Shown piece after piece: positions 7,551 through 16,359 of a stretch of DNA of 32,000 bases (position 1 is the first letter of the stretch; every line of letters begins with the position of its first letter). A model generated the notes under the pieces. That model saw only the letters and a list, made by a program, of their open reading frames with translations. It was not told the DNA's origin and did no database searches. The translations under genes were made by a program, and so were the position numbers. The DNA is from Opitutales bacterium (GTDB lineage: Bacteria > Verrucomicrobiota > Verrucomicrobiia > Opitutales > PNEW01), in NCBI GenBank assembly GCA_965219535.1, contig CBDCNV010000001.1:900001-932000 (forward strand), read 5' to 3'.

Positions 7551-10500
7551 TTACCGACTACCTCCTTCCATTCGTATTCGTGGATCGAGCCATAAAAGTA
7601 ACAGGTCGCTGACCAGGGTGCCTAAGACACCGAGCAAGCTGAGAACCATGAGCATCGATCCGGCCAAGTACATATCTTCCTTCATCAGAGCATCCAGCAT
7701 TAAAGGACCAACCGTGGGTAGGCTGAGGACCATGGCGACGATCGCACCCCCAGAGACTAATGATGGAAAAATTCCCCCGATTCCAGAGATAAAAGGATTA
7801 AGCGCTAAACGCACCGGGTATTTCATTAACAGCTTAAACGGTCGCACTCCCTTGGCCATAGCAGTAATGACATAGGGTTTTCTCAACTCATCAAGTAAGT
7901 TGGCCCGCATAATCCGTATCATGCCCGCAGTACCCGTGACGCCCAAAACCACTACAGGCACCCAAATATGCTGCAAGAGGTCAATTATTTTACCCCTCGT
8001 CCATTCTGGTTGGACTGCATATTCAGGTGAAAATAGACCCGAGATATTAATGCCTAGATACTTACCGCTCCAATAAAGCAGGATCAAGGCGAGGAGAAAA
8101 CTGGGAACACTCATCCCGATGAATCCTATCAATGTAAATAAATAATCGCTAAAGGAATATTGGCGAACTGCTGAATAGATGCCGATGGGCATAGCTACAG
8201 CCCAGGTAAAGAGTATAGTGCCGAGTGAAATGAGAAAAGTGAGAAGGATGCGATCACCTACCACATCATTGACCGTGCTCTGGTTCTCCATCGACAATCC
8301 CAAGTGACCTTGCAATAAACCCTGGTCTTTTTTTTCATAGGAAGTGAACCATTTAAGACCGAGCCAGCGGACATAACGTTCGGCGATGGGCTTGTCGAGG
8401 TGAAAGATCTCGCGCAGCTTTTCGGCCTCATCGATATTTATGCGGCCGCCTTTTAGCTGTAGCTCTAAAATTTTGGTCTCGATGTAATTCCCCGGAGGCA
8501 GCTGGATGATAACAAAAGAGATTACCGAGATGATAAGAAGCGTTGGACCCATGATGAGTAGTCGTCTTCCAACATACGGATGCCGTATCCCGACCATAAT
8601 TATTCCGCAAATCGCGATACCTAAAAATATGTATTTTATAAGCCGCGCCAAACGCTCATAACTGGTTGATTCTAGATCGTCTTGACCGGATCCGAAAGGA
8701 GCAGGGGTGATTTCTACTAATCCTTTTTTTATCTGCGCAATGGTTCCAGGCGAATTATAAGGTTCTTTGAAGTAGTAGGTTTCTAATCCTGCGTGGGCCG
8801 GTGGACTGAAGCGAGCGCCATAGAATGCATTGCGCGGAACATTTTTAAAACCGTTTTTAACCAGGACCGGGTGCGGTGGAGGGGTGGCAATATTTATCGA
8901 CCAGACATTTTCCGCAGCGATATCAAACACTTCATTGAAAATCTCGCGTTGGGCTTCACGCGTGGTTTTACCGTAAGCTTCTTCAATGAGTTTCATCGAT
9001 AGACGTACGGGATGATCTTTCGATGGCTCGAGGCCGCCGAATTGTGTGGCTTCAGGATTGCCTGAAAGTCCATCTCTATTATACCAATTAAAATAGCCGT
9101 AAGCTTGGAGTGCAGTTAATGCGAGGAAACGTTCGGGTGCTATGATGGGATTGAATTCGCTCTCCGAGGCCCAAATGGAAAATTCCAGTTTGCGCGAGTT
9201 TGTTTCTACTTGAAAAAGAGCAAGCGACGGTTGGCGTCGGATGGCGCGAATGCCAACGCGGCTCCAATTTTCGATTATGAGCTCAGTCGGCCCTTCGTCT
9301 TCCCCCTGTGGTAGAGTATAATGCCAGCTCATGCGTGTGCCGTCCTTGAACGTGCGGTAGCCTTCGGTATCCCGCCGGGTGAGGCCTATCGCATCGAGCA
9401 GTTGATTAGCTCGGGCGGGCGCATACTCGGTAAAGCTTTTATGAAGTTTTTCATGGTAGAAAAAGGATTCCTTCCCGGGTGATAACTGCGCCGGTTCTCC
9501 CACCCCATTGTAGACTATGTCAATGATTTGCTGGCGATTGATGGCGAGTGAGAGCGCCTGGCGGAAGCGTTTATCATTGAGGAGATCATGTTTCATTTGG
9601 GTAACCGGATTATCAGAGTCTACCAAAATATTAATATTTGGATGGACGAGGTAGCGTGATCGTGTAGCTGGAAACCAGTGATAGACTTCGTAATCGTTTT
9701 TTTCGCGTTGTGACATGAGCAGGGTGTAATAGAAATCCATAACAAAAATTGTAAAGGTGATGGCCCCGCTAGCCGCTGCTATAGGTACCAGCTTATAGTT
9801 TTTTACTTCGATATGTAATTGGTCCACATAAGGGAGCTGATTGCCTTCGGTATCGACTGCCCAGTAGTAGGGATTGCGTATAAAAATCTGGGGTGGATTG
9901 GCTTTAAAAGTGTGATAAACCCAGGGCCAAAGACGCGGATGTTCGGGATTGTACCACTGTTTCAATAAAGCGTATAGGCTACTACGCGAAGGTATCCTGC
10001 TTTTCGCCTGGGTGGCCTCAATAAGCATATCATCGCCGAGTTCCGGGTGGTATTTTTCCAGGTAATGTCGAGGTGAACAAAAATCCCAGGCTCGAGCCAA
10101 GCGTTCAAGAAACGCTCCATAGGGTTGAGAAAAAACGAATTTTACAGTGTAATCATCGATTTTGATAACTTCCCCTGTCTTTCCACCTATTTTCATCCAA
10201 TCTGGCGGAACACTCCCGCTTAATTCAGGAGCTGTTTCTTTATACCATCTGTAGAGGATATCGTCGGCAGAAAAAGGGTGACCATCAGACCACTTCATGC
10301 CTTCTCGCAGATAAAATGTCCATTCCCTCTTGTCAGGGGTGGATTCCCAACCCTTGGCCACGTGAGGTACGATCGGGTAACCAAGCGGAGACCAGCGAAC
10401 AAGCGTGGATCCGGAAAAGAAGTTTCCGATGAGACTTATCTCGTTTTGTGATCCTCTCACTTGGAACCAGGTTCCACCGTATTCACCGATACTGTCCACT

Positions 10501-10835
10501 CCTTTAAGGATCACAGGTTCCATCCCCACACGCTCGGCCACCGGTGGCAGTTTGTCCTCGTCTACCAATTCGGCAAGGATGGGTGATTCGGATTTTGGAT
10601 ACCACTGGGTGCCCTCTCCCTCACTGTAGTCGACATCCTGTTGTATCTTAAAAAGGTCATCCTCGGTAAAACTGACATCCCTTAATTTTTTTGTATATTC
10701 AATCACCTCCTCACTATAGCGAATAGGCTCCTTCTCCATTACCGGTTTTAAAATATCGCCCCAAAAATAAATAAATCCGAATAAGAGACAGCCAGTGAAA
10801 ACAGTGAACCCAAAAAATCTGAAACATTTTATCAC
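7551..10835 (-). CDS. Fusion protein: N-terminal membrane anchor + family-5 (Opp/Dpp-type) substrate-binding domain + OppB/DppB-type ABC permease domain
   Basis: 1094-aa ORF with a GTG start. The N-terminal hydrophobic anchor is FFGFTVFTGCLLFGFIYFW. SBP_bac_5-like blocks follow (LPPVAERVGMEPVILKGVDSIGEYGGTW.., MKWSDGHPFSADDI). From about residue 735 the sequence is permease-like (RRLLIMGPTLLIISVISFVIIQLPPGNY), with the EAA-loop YVITAMAKGVRPFKLLMKYPVRLALNPFIS and the ending ..WLDPRIR. Confidence 0.8.
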   Translation of the reverse strand: MIKCFRFFGFTVFTGCLLFGFIYFWGDILKPVMEKEPIRYSEEVIEYTKKLRDVSFTEDDLFKIQQDVDYSEGEGTQWYPKSESPILAELVDEDKLPPVAERVGMEPVILKGVDSIGEYGGTWFQVRGSQNEISLIGNFFSGSTLVRWSPLGYPIVPHVAKGWESTPDKREWTFYLREGMKWSDGHPFSADDILYRWYKETAPELSGSVPPDWMKIGGKTGEVIKIDDYTVKFVFSQPYGAFLERLARAWDFCSPRHYLEKYHPELGDDMLIEATQAKSRIPSRSSLYALLKQWYNPEHPRLWPWVYHTFKANPPQIFIRNPYYWAVDTEGNQLPYVDQLHIEVKNYKLVPIAAASGAITFTIFVMDFYYTLLMSQREKNDYEVYHWFPATRSRYLVHPNINILVDSDNPVTQMKHDLLNDKRFRQALSLAINRQQIIDIVYNGVGEPAQLSPGKESFFYHEKLHKSFTEYAPARANQLLDAIGLTRRDTEGYRTFKDGTRMSWHYTLPQGEDEGPTELIIENWSRVGIRAIRRQPSLALFQVETNSRKLEFSIWASESEFNPIIAPERFLALTALQAYGYFNWYNRDGLSGNPEATQFGGLEPSKDHPVRLSMKLIEEAYGKTTREAQREIFNEVFDIAAENVWSINIATPPPHPVLVKNGFKNVPRNAFYGARFSPPAHAGLETYYFKEPYNSPGTIAQIKKGLVEITPAPFGSGQDDLESTSYERLARLIKYIFLGIAICGIIMVGIRHPYVGRRLLIMGPTLLIISVISFVIIQLPPGNYIETKILELQLKGGRINIDEAEKLREIFHLDKPIAERYVRWLGLKWFTSYEKKDQGLLQGHLGLSMENQSTVNDVVGDRILLTFLISLGTILFTWAVAMPIGIYSAVRQYSFSDYLFTLIGFIGMSVPSFLLALILLYWSGKYLGINISGLFSPEYAVQPEWTRGKIIDLLQHIWVPVVVLGVTGTAGMIRIMRANLLDELRKPYVITAMAKGVRPFKLLMKYPVRLALNPFISGIGGIFPSLVSGGAIVAMVLSLPTVGPLMLDALMKEDMYLAGSMLMVLSLLGVLGTLVSDLLLLWLDPRIRMEGGSR

Positions 10836-11183
10836 GCCAGTTTTTATTAATCATGAATTAACACAAATCACACGAATAAACGCACCAGGGAACCAGCTTT
10901 CGCCCCGCAACCAGCAGAACTGATGACGACCATCTTTTGTTCCGCTGTGGCGGAACTAGGGACAGCAGGCAGGCGGGCTTCGATGGGCTCAGCTGTAGTG
11001 ATCCTCTGAGGCAGGGGCCGTAGAGGGTTTCTGTGGAGTAAAACTTATCAATCCAGCGTCGAAAAGCGCAAGAGGTTGGTAGATTTTCACCAGGCGAAAC
11101 ACAAGTGTAATTGCGGAGAAGCGACGCCCGTTTAGTAGGGGACTTAAGGGCTGGAAATCTACCCCGTTAATGGATCGTAATTA

Positions 11184-12041
11184 TTAGCCGCGGTTTAAAC
11201 CTCTTGTTTCTAATTCTTTTCGAAATTCTTCGAAATCCAAATCAAAATAACCGAACTTTCGCATCGCTTTAACCCATTGTGCGCGGATGGGGTGTTCTTT
11301 AGTGTTTAAATGCCATGCCTGAAGCTGTTGCAAATAGGTTTCGTTTTCCAAGGCACGCCTGGCATCCTTTCTACTTAAACCCTCATAATGTTCACGAAGC
11401 ACTGTCTCCTGCTCAGGTGTTCGGGGGTATCCTTTGTATCCGAAACTTGTCATCGGTCGGTCATCTCTTCCGCCATAACTGGAATGCCAACAAGCGGTGC
11501 TGTAGATTATTACATCGCCCGGATTATTCTTACAGACATAACCCGGTAAACTGAGAATCTCATTCGGGTGGTTATTATCGGGATGATTTCTCATCTCACT
11601 GACTAATTCTTTTAATTCGGTATATAACGGGGCTACATCACTCGAGGGGATGATACGTAAGGCACCGGAGTCAGCATCGAGTGGTTCGAGATAAATAGAG
11701 ACATTAATTCCGTGCCTGCGACCAGGTAGGAATTTCCCACTGAGATAAATTCCGACATCTGGATGCCAGCGTGTATTGCCATTAAATGAATGAATCTGGC
11801 ATGGCATTCCAATAGGATCCTTGCCTAGTAACTGTTCAGCTATCGCGTAAAAGCGTGGGCTTTCTGGTAGCCCCGATAGAAAGGGGGATCTTTCATCGCT
11901 GACTGGGAGATCGGGTCTTGTTTCTATAATCGCTGTATTGTATTCATTAATGATCGTTTCCATGTTGTCTTCGGTGAACTCCTGCCTGAGAATGATAAAC
12001 CCAAACGTATTGAAAGTTTTTAACTCAAGATCGGTAAGCAT
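11184..12041 (-). CDS. Fe(II)/2-oxoglutarate dioxygenase, phytanoyl-CoA dioxygenase (PhyH) family
   Basis: 285-aa ORF with a PhyH-style N-terminus LTDLELKTFNTFGFIILRQEF, an HxD facial-triad candidate WHPD, and a distal His in PGDVIIYSTACWHSS. Confidence 0.7.
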   Translation of the reverse strand: MLTDLELKTFNTFGFIILRQEFTEDNMETIINEYNTAIIETRPDLPVSDERSPFLSGLPESPRFYAIAEQLLGKDPIGMPCQIHSFNGNTRWHPDVGIYLSGKFLPGRRHGINVSIYLEPLDADSGALRIIPSSDVAPLYTELKELVSEMRNHPDNNHPNEILSLPGYVCKNNPGDVIIYSTACWHSSYGGRDDRPMTSFGYKGYPRTPEQETVLREHYEGLSRKDARRALENETYLQQLQAWHLNTKEHPIRAQWVKAMRKFGYFDLDFEEFRKELETRGLNRG

Positions 12042-12198
12042 TGGTTGGCGTCCTTTGAAGTAGTAGTCGTCTGATACTCAGGTATTCATCTTATTTATTT
12101 ATCTCTAACTGAACACGCTCCGAAAGCATAAGCAAACCAAGAATTATTGGCCGCAGTTTTCATAACCACCAGAAGCTGCGTGTCACACATTCATGTTA

Positions 12199-12327
12199 GA
12201 GGAGGAGGTGGGGTTGGAGGAGGAGAAACGATTTGGGGGATGTCCATCCGTCGCACGAGGCTATGGACGACAGGCGGGCTATGCCCTTGGTACGCATTCA
12301 CGCGTAATCGTTCTCCTTCATCCTCTC
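12199..12327 (+). repeat. Composite intergenic repeat: GC-rich core (12235-12294) flanked by inverted GAGGAG-type periodic arms
   Basis: The core gggggatgtccatccgtcgcacgaggctatggacgacaggcgggctatgcccttggtacg differs from the 5621-5679 copy at a few positions. The left arm is gaggaggaggtggggttggaggaggagaaacgat. The right arm atcgttctccttcatcctctc is its imperfect reverse complement (atcgtt + ctcct matched). Confidence 0.65.
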
Positions 12328-12424
12328 TTGTCATTGCGCAGACGGGTACATTTATATTCCACGTTTGCCCCCTTTTTCTTCTCTTGTATAAACCTCAATT
12401 GCCACTTATTCATTGGAGCTCGCC

Positions 12425-13006
12425 ATGCAGATTTCAGATCAACTACGACAGTCAGTTATCCATTCGCTACCCGAGATTGAACAAATCGGCAACGATGACC
12501 TGCGTAACAAAGTAATCGACGCATGGGCCTACAGTCTGGATCACAGTTCGTTCACCTCCATTGACCAGATCCGCCCTTCGGGTAATCCGGACACACCCCG
12601 CCTCAAATCAGGGACTCAGACAGACCATATCCGTGGTGTGACCCTGCTGGCCATTGCCATAGGCGACTCCCTGGCCAGCCAGTTTCCCCAGTTGCCCATC
12701 GATCGTGATATGCTGATTGCCTGCGCCCTGTGCCACGACGTAGGCAAGCCCTTCGAGTTCGACCCGGATAATCAGCAGCGCTGGAAACAGAACCCGGCTG
12801 CATCGGGCTTTCCGGCCATCCGGCACACCCAGTACGGCACCCACGTCTGCCTCACCGTGGGCCTGCCCGAAGAGGTATGCCACGCTGCCGGCTGCCACTC
12901 CGGCGAAGGCGAACTGGTAGAGCGCTCCCTGCACGTGACTATTGTGCACCACGCCGACTACGCTTTCTGGCGCCCGCTGGAAGTCGCCGGTCAACTGGAA
13001 ACCTGA
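12425..13006 (+). CDS. HD-domain metal-dependent phosphohydrolase family protein
   Basis: The ORF track begins at a TTG (12413). I prefer ATG 12425 because GGAG lies 6 nt upstream. HD-domain residues are present: TDHIRGV (His), ALCHDVGKP (HD) and IVHHADY (distal His/Asp). Confidence 0.7.
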   Translation: MQISDQLRQSVIHSLPEIEQIGNDDLRNKVIDAWAYSLDHSSFTSIDQIRPSGNPDTPRLKSGTQTDHIRGVTLLAIAIGDSLASQFPQLPIDRDMLIACALCHDVGKPFEFDPDNQQRWKQNPAASGFPAIRHTQYGTHVCLTVGLPEEVCHAAGCHSGEGELVERSLHVTIVHHADYAFWRPLEVAGQLET

Positions 13007-13180
13007 AGAGAAGGAAAATACCGAGTTCCGCAACTTCTGTTTTATTTCTTCCCTCGATGATTCCTTATTCCTTGAACCATTCCAATGGAATCACCCTCAT
13101 GCGCGCTCCCAGCCCCTCAAAAACGCCGCTCCCGAGATCGTACGCAATGGCGACTTCGTCTCCAAGTGGCAATCGTCGAA

Positions 13181-13337
13181 GTGGCATAAGGGGTCAAACG
13201 TAGAATTTAAATATTATCGACCGATGCTAAATTTCTAATCTTATGAAAATTCATCCATGCTCCATTGTTCATGATCCAAGGAATACTTGTCAGCTTATCA
13301 ATCTTTAAAATCTACGTTTGACCCTTTTACCTAATCC
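13181..13337. mobile_element. MITE-like 157-bp TIR element, copy 2
   Basis: Near-identical to 7391-7547, with TIR-L at 13190-13211 and TIR-R at 13304-13324. It lies between the convergent HD and GNAT genes. Its right end overlaps the last 7 nt of the GNAT ORF, including the stop codon. Confidence 0.7.
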
Positions 13338-14146
13338 CTGGAAAGCGAAACTGAACCAGTCAGTATGTGCCCACAGGGAACAAAACCTGCTTTCTGAAGC
13401 GTGTTGCGGGAAGAGATATTAGTGATATGGCAACGTGCCGCAGGAATGCTCCCTTGCTCGTAACACATCCGTTTCAACTCTTGCACCAGGTAACAGCCGA
13501 GACCACGCCTCCAGAACGGTTCCGCCACTTCCATGTAAATATCGCCATAGGGGCGATTATAGTGGAATAGAATACCTCCAGTTGCCGCGATCTTGCCTTT
13601 GACCTCTAATACCCAATCTCCAACGGGTTCCACTCGGTGTGGAAAAATACGTGCGGTATCGCCTTCCGTCGCCCGCCGAAAAACGGAGCCGTGCGACGAG
13701 TGAGTCGTTGTCAGTTTATCGTGGTAGAGGATGGACTCGGGCTTCACTCTAGTAGCATATGTGTGCAACATAACACTCATCAACGGATCGTTGCTCTGGG
13801 TCCGGATCCTGTTCGCGCCGCAGGTGGTGAGCAGCACAACATACAGGTCGAACATGCGCGATCGATAAGGCGGTGCTACATAGAACTCGAACACCGCGGG
13901 CTTCTTTTTCCAAGGTCCGCCGATCATTATGGAGCCATATCCCACAACAACGTCGCCTACAAAAAGCAGATAGGACTCGCTCCAACCTTTGCGAGAGTGT
14001 AATGAGTCATGGATGATCTGGCAATTCATCTCCTGCCGATAAAGATCGCGCCAGGGTAGAATGTCCTCAAGCGTTGTGGCTCTCGCAGTGTATTCTTGAA
14101 TTCTTTCTATGGGGGTGGCAATACCGCGTATCATTAGATTAGCCAA
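13331..14146 (-). CDS. GNAT-family N-acetyltransferase (tandem GNAT-like fold)
   Basis: 271-aa ORF. The track start is TTG 14146; an alternative ATG lies at 14134. The C-terminal half has acetyl-CoA motif A (EPFWRRGLGCYLVQELKRMCYEQG) followed by ..NTLQKAGF. The N-terminal half looks like a degenerate second GNAT repeat. Confidence 0.7.
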   Translation of the reverse strand: MANLMIRGIATPIERIQEYTARATTLEDILPWRDLYRQEMNCQIIHDSLHSRKGWSESYLLFVGDVVVGYGSIMIGGPWKKKPAVFEFYVAPPYRSRMFDLYVVLLTTCGANRIRTQSNDPLMSVMLHTYATRVKPESILYHDKLTTTHSSHGSVFRRATEGDTARIFPHRVEPVGDWVLEVKGKIAATGGILFHYNRPYGDIYMEVAEPFWRRGLGCYLVQELKRMCYEQGSIPAARCHITNISSRNTLQKAGFVPCGHILTGSVSLSRD

Positions 14147-14316
14147 TAGATTTTAATGTAGTCTCCGCTATCGAAGGAGATAGTCAAAAGGTTAATCGCA
14201 AACGCTTCTTTTACAGCATGCCATTCTCGAGTGGTGCGAGTGATGAAATCGTTTTGGTGGGATGAGGTATGGTTGATACCCCTTGGGCTTATTGCCTATA
14301 CCTGAAATTGGAGGCT

Positions 14317-14345
14317 TTGCAATTTTGCTATATGTGTGGTGCAAT
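14317..14345 (+). promoter_or_regulatory. Candidate sigma70-like promoter for the 14377 gene (TTGCAA-17 nt-TGCAAT)
   Basis: TTGCAA at 14317-14322, a 17-nt spacer, then TGCAAT at 14340-14345, about 30 nt upstream of the ATG. This rests on the sequence pattern only, and the promoter rules of this organism are unknown. Confidence 0.2.
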
Positions 14346-14376
14346 TAAGACGCTTTCTTGTAAGCATAGGTAAACA

Positions 14377-15054
14377 ATGTTCATAGGACACTTTGCAGTC
14401 GGATTTGCTGCTAAGACCGTTGCACCAAGATTGTCTCTTGGGGCACTGTTTCTAGCGGTGCAGTTCGTTGATTTGCTTTGGCCACTCTTTATACTTGTGG
14501 GGATTGAGCACGTATTGATTGTGCCTGGCATTACTAAGGTTATGCCCCTTAATTTTGAAAATTATCCCATATCCCACAGCTTGTTATCAGTCTTAATTTT
14601 TGGGCTTTTGTTTGGCATCGTCTATAGCCTTATGCAACGCTATCGAAAGGGTGCCATTGTTTTAGGATTATGTGTGGTTAGTCATTGGTTCTTGGATTTA
14701 ATCGTTCATCGCCCTGACTTACCACTTTTTTTCGGTGAATCGCCACTCGTCGGGTTTGGATTATGGAACTCACTCGTCGGGACTCTGCTGGTGGAAGGAC
14801 TTTTTTTTTGCGCAGGAGTCTTTTTGTATATGCGCACAACCTGTGCTAAAGATAGAATTGGCACCTGGGCATTCTGGTCACTTATCGGTTTCCTTGTGAT
14901 TATTTATATCGGTAATTTATTTGGCCCTGTTCCTCCGAATGTCCAAGCGATTGCATGGGTTGGAAACGCACAGTGGATATTGATAGTTTGGGCCTACTGG
15001 CTGGATCGGCACCGTATCGTAAATAACCATACACCCGCCGATATCGTCGGCTAA
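14377..15054 (+). CDS. Polytopic membrane protein, probably of the membrane-bound metal-dependent hydrolase (YdjM/DUF457-like) type
   Basis: 225-aa ORF with about 6 hydrophobic segments. His-containing motifs occur at helix ends (MFIGHFAVGF, ISHSLL, VSHWFLDLIVHRPD). The family assignment is from memory of similar N-termini and has not been verified. Confidence 0.5.
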   Translation: MFIGHFAVGFAAKTVAPRLSLGALFLAVQFVDLLWPLFILVGIEHVLIVPGITKVMPLNFENYPISHSLLSVLIFGLLFGIVYSLMQRYRKGAIVLGLCVVSHWFLDLIVHRPDLPLFFGESPLVGFGLWNSLVGTLLVEGLFFCAGVFLYMRTTCAKDRIGTWAFWSLIGFLVIIYIGNLFGPVPPNVQAIAWVGNAQWILIVWAYWLDRHRIVNNHTPADIVG

Positions 15055-15187
15055 TGCAGTTTCTGCTCACCCTCCACAAATTCCCCAAGCCCTGCCTTCG
15101 TGTTCTCTGCATGATCTTCTAAAGCTTACCATTCTCAAGCCACTGCGAGCGGTGAGAGCGTTTTGATGAGCTGGGGTAGAAGTGACC

Positions 15188-15958
15188 TTAGAAATAGGAG
15201 TCAGTATTAAGTCCCATTTCACGATGCTGTTTCTTAGCGGCTTCAGCTTGTAGTTGCTTCGCTTCCTCGTCAACTCTACAACTCACACCTTCGAAATTCA
15301 TGGCAAAAGCTCGACGATGTCGAGTTGCAGAACGGTTCGGATCTGCACGGTGAATAATTTCACAATGATGGACGACGGCATCACCTGGTTGCATTTGTAC
15401 CATCATCTCCATCTCTTCATCTTTAAGGCTGTAATCAGTGATGCCCTGTGAAAAACCAAGGATCGATGTCACTGCATGCGGTCTAATACCGAGAAGGTGA
15501 GAGCCGGGGATGTAGCGCAAACACCCATTCTCTTCTTCAACAGGGTCAATGGCCATCCAGACCGAAGCAACATTAGGAGGATTAAGCTTATAATAATAGT
15601 TATCCTGATGAGGCGGTGTGCGATGATCTGTTTTTGGCGGTTTGTTAAACCATAAGGGTCCCTGCGTATGGGCTTCCTCACCAATCAAAGTAGTGGCAAG
15701 TTTATTCCATTTGGGGTGGCTGCGGTACTCCTCGAAGTAAGGTTCAAATTTTGCCATGTGCTCCATTTGCTTCAGGGTCTCGGGCCGTGACTTGTCGTGG
15801 TAAAAGGCGACTGTGTCTGGAACTGATGGTACCACCTCGCGGATATAACGCTCGACAAGCTCGAACAGCGGCTCGTATTCATCTGGAGAAAGAAATTTTC
15901 GCACTACAACAAATCCATCACGATCGTAGTTCTCTTTGTATTGCGTATAGTCGTCCAT
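15188..15958 (-). CDS. Fe(II)/2-oxoglutarate dioxygenase, phytanoyl-CoA dioxygenase (PhyH) family
   Basis: 256-aa ORF with N-terminus YDRDGFVVVRKFLSPDEY, the HxD motif in PPHQDNYY, and a distal His in PGDAVVHHCEIIHRADPN. It is not a close paralog of 11184..12041. Confidence 0.75.
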   Translation of the reverse strand: MDDYTQYKENYDRDGFVVVRKFLSPDEYEPLFELVERYIREVVPSVPDTVAFYHDKSRPETLKQMEHMAKFEPYFEEYRSHPKWNKLATTLIGEEAHTQGPLWFNKPPKTDHRTPPHQDNYYYKLNPPNVASVWMAIDPVEEENGCLRYIPGSHLLGIRPHAVTSILGFSQGITDYSLKDEEMEMMVQMQPGDAVVHHCEIIHRADPNRSATRHRRAFAMNFEGVSCRVDEEAKQLQAEAAKKQHREMGLNTDSYF

Positions 15959-16069
15959 ATCTAGTCCTGCTTATTTTTATCAATCTTTAACTACCAATAA
16001 GAAAGTCGGTATCCACAGGTAGATCTCATAGCGCACAAAAATTAGAGTCAATGGTATTACCTCTACGCG

Positions 16070-16229
16070 GTGGTGACATTAGGGGTCAAAGGTAGAATTT
16101 AAATATTATCGACCGATGCCAAATTTCTAATTTTATGAAAATCCATCCATGCTCCATTGTTCATGATCCAAGGAATACTTGTCAGCTTATCAATGTTTAA
16201 ATTCTACGTTTGACCCTTTTACCTATTCC
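16070..16229. mobile_element. MITE-like TIR element, copy 3 (more diverged, 3-bp insertion near the left end)
   Basis: TIR-L ggggtcaaaggtagaatttaaa (16082-16103) and TIR-R tttaaattctacgtttgaccc (16196-16216). It has about 8-9 differences from copy 1 by eye and lies downstream of desaturase 16360..17466. Confidence 0.65.
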
Positions 16230-16231
16230 CA

Positions 16232-16262
16232 TAACGCGGTAGGGACACCGCGTTCCACCATC
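16232..16262 (-). repeat. GGTGGAACGCG hairpin family member (short-loop variant)
   Basis: The perfect 7-bp stem is aacgcgg (16233-16239) / ccgcgtt (16248-16254) with the 8-nt loop tagggaca, followed by ccaccatcat. Its reverse complement aligns with 29051-29110 and 7348-7374. Confidence 0.55.
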
Positions 16263-16284
16263 ATAATGTTGTAAATAACTGGAG

Positions 16285-16320
16285 AGACGAAGACGAAGAC
16301 GTGGACGATGACGAAGATAA
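16285..16320. repeat. Six tandem units of a 6-nt GACGAA-type repeat
   Basis: The array reads gacgaa gacgaa gacgtg gacgat gacgaa gataag. The same unit builds the arms of the element at 28963-29272. Confidence 0.6.
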
Positions 16321-16359
16321 GATTTTAACCGCCAGGCAAAATCGGCAATTGGCTTTCCT

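Noticed and set aside
10870-10920. A possible cobalamin-type riboswitch, suggested by ..cagggaaccagc..ccccgcaacc...
   Set aside because: The conserved B12 box (GCCACTG-like) and the surrounding helices are not present on either strand. The resemblance is limited to a few nucleotides.
10939-10956. The perfect 7-bp hairpin considered as an intrinsic terminator for the PhyH gene.
   Set aside because: It is not followed by a T-tract in the minus-strand (transcribed) orientation. A TTTT run precedes the hairpin on the plus strand, but no plus-strand gene lies upstream.
12147-12515. ORFs of 122 and 95 aa upstream of the HD gene.
   Set aside because: They are read through the GAGGAG arm and the GC-rich core repeat (GGGGVGGGE.., MSIRRTRLWTTGG..) and overlap the start of the HD gene, so they are spurious.
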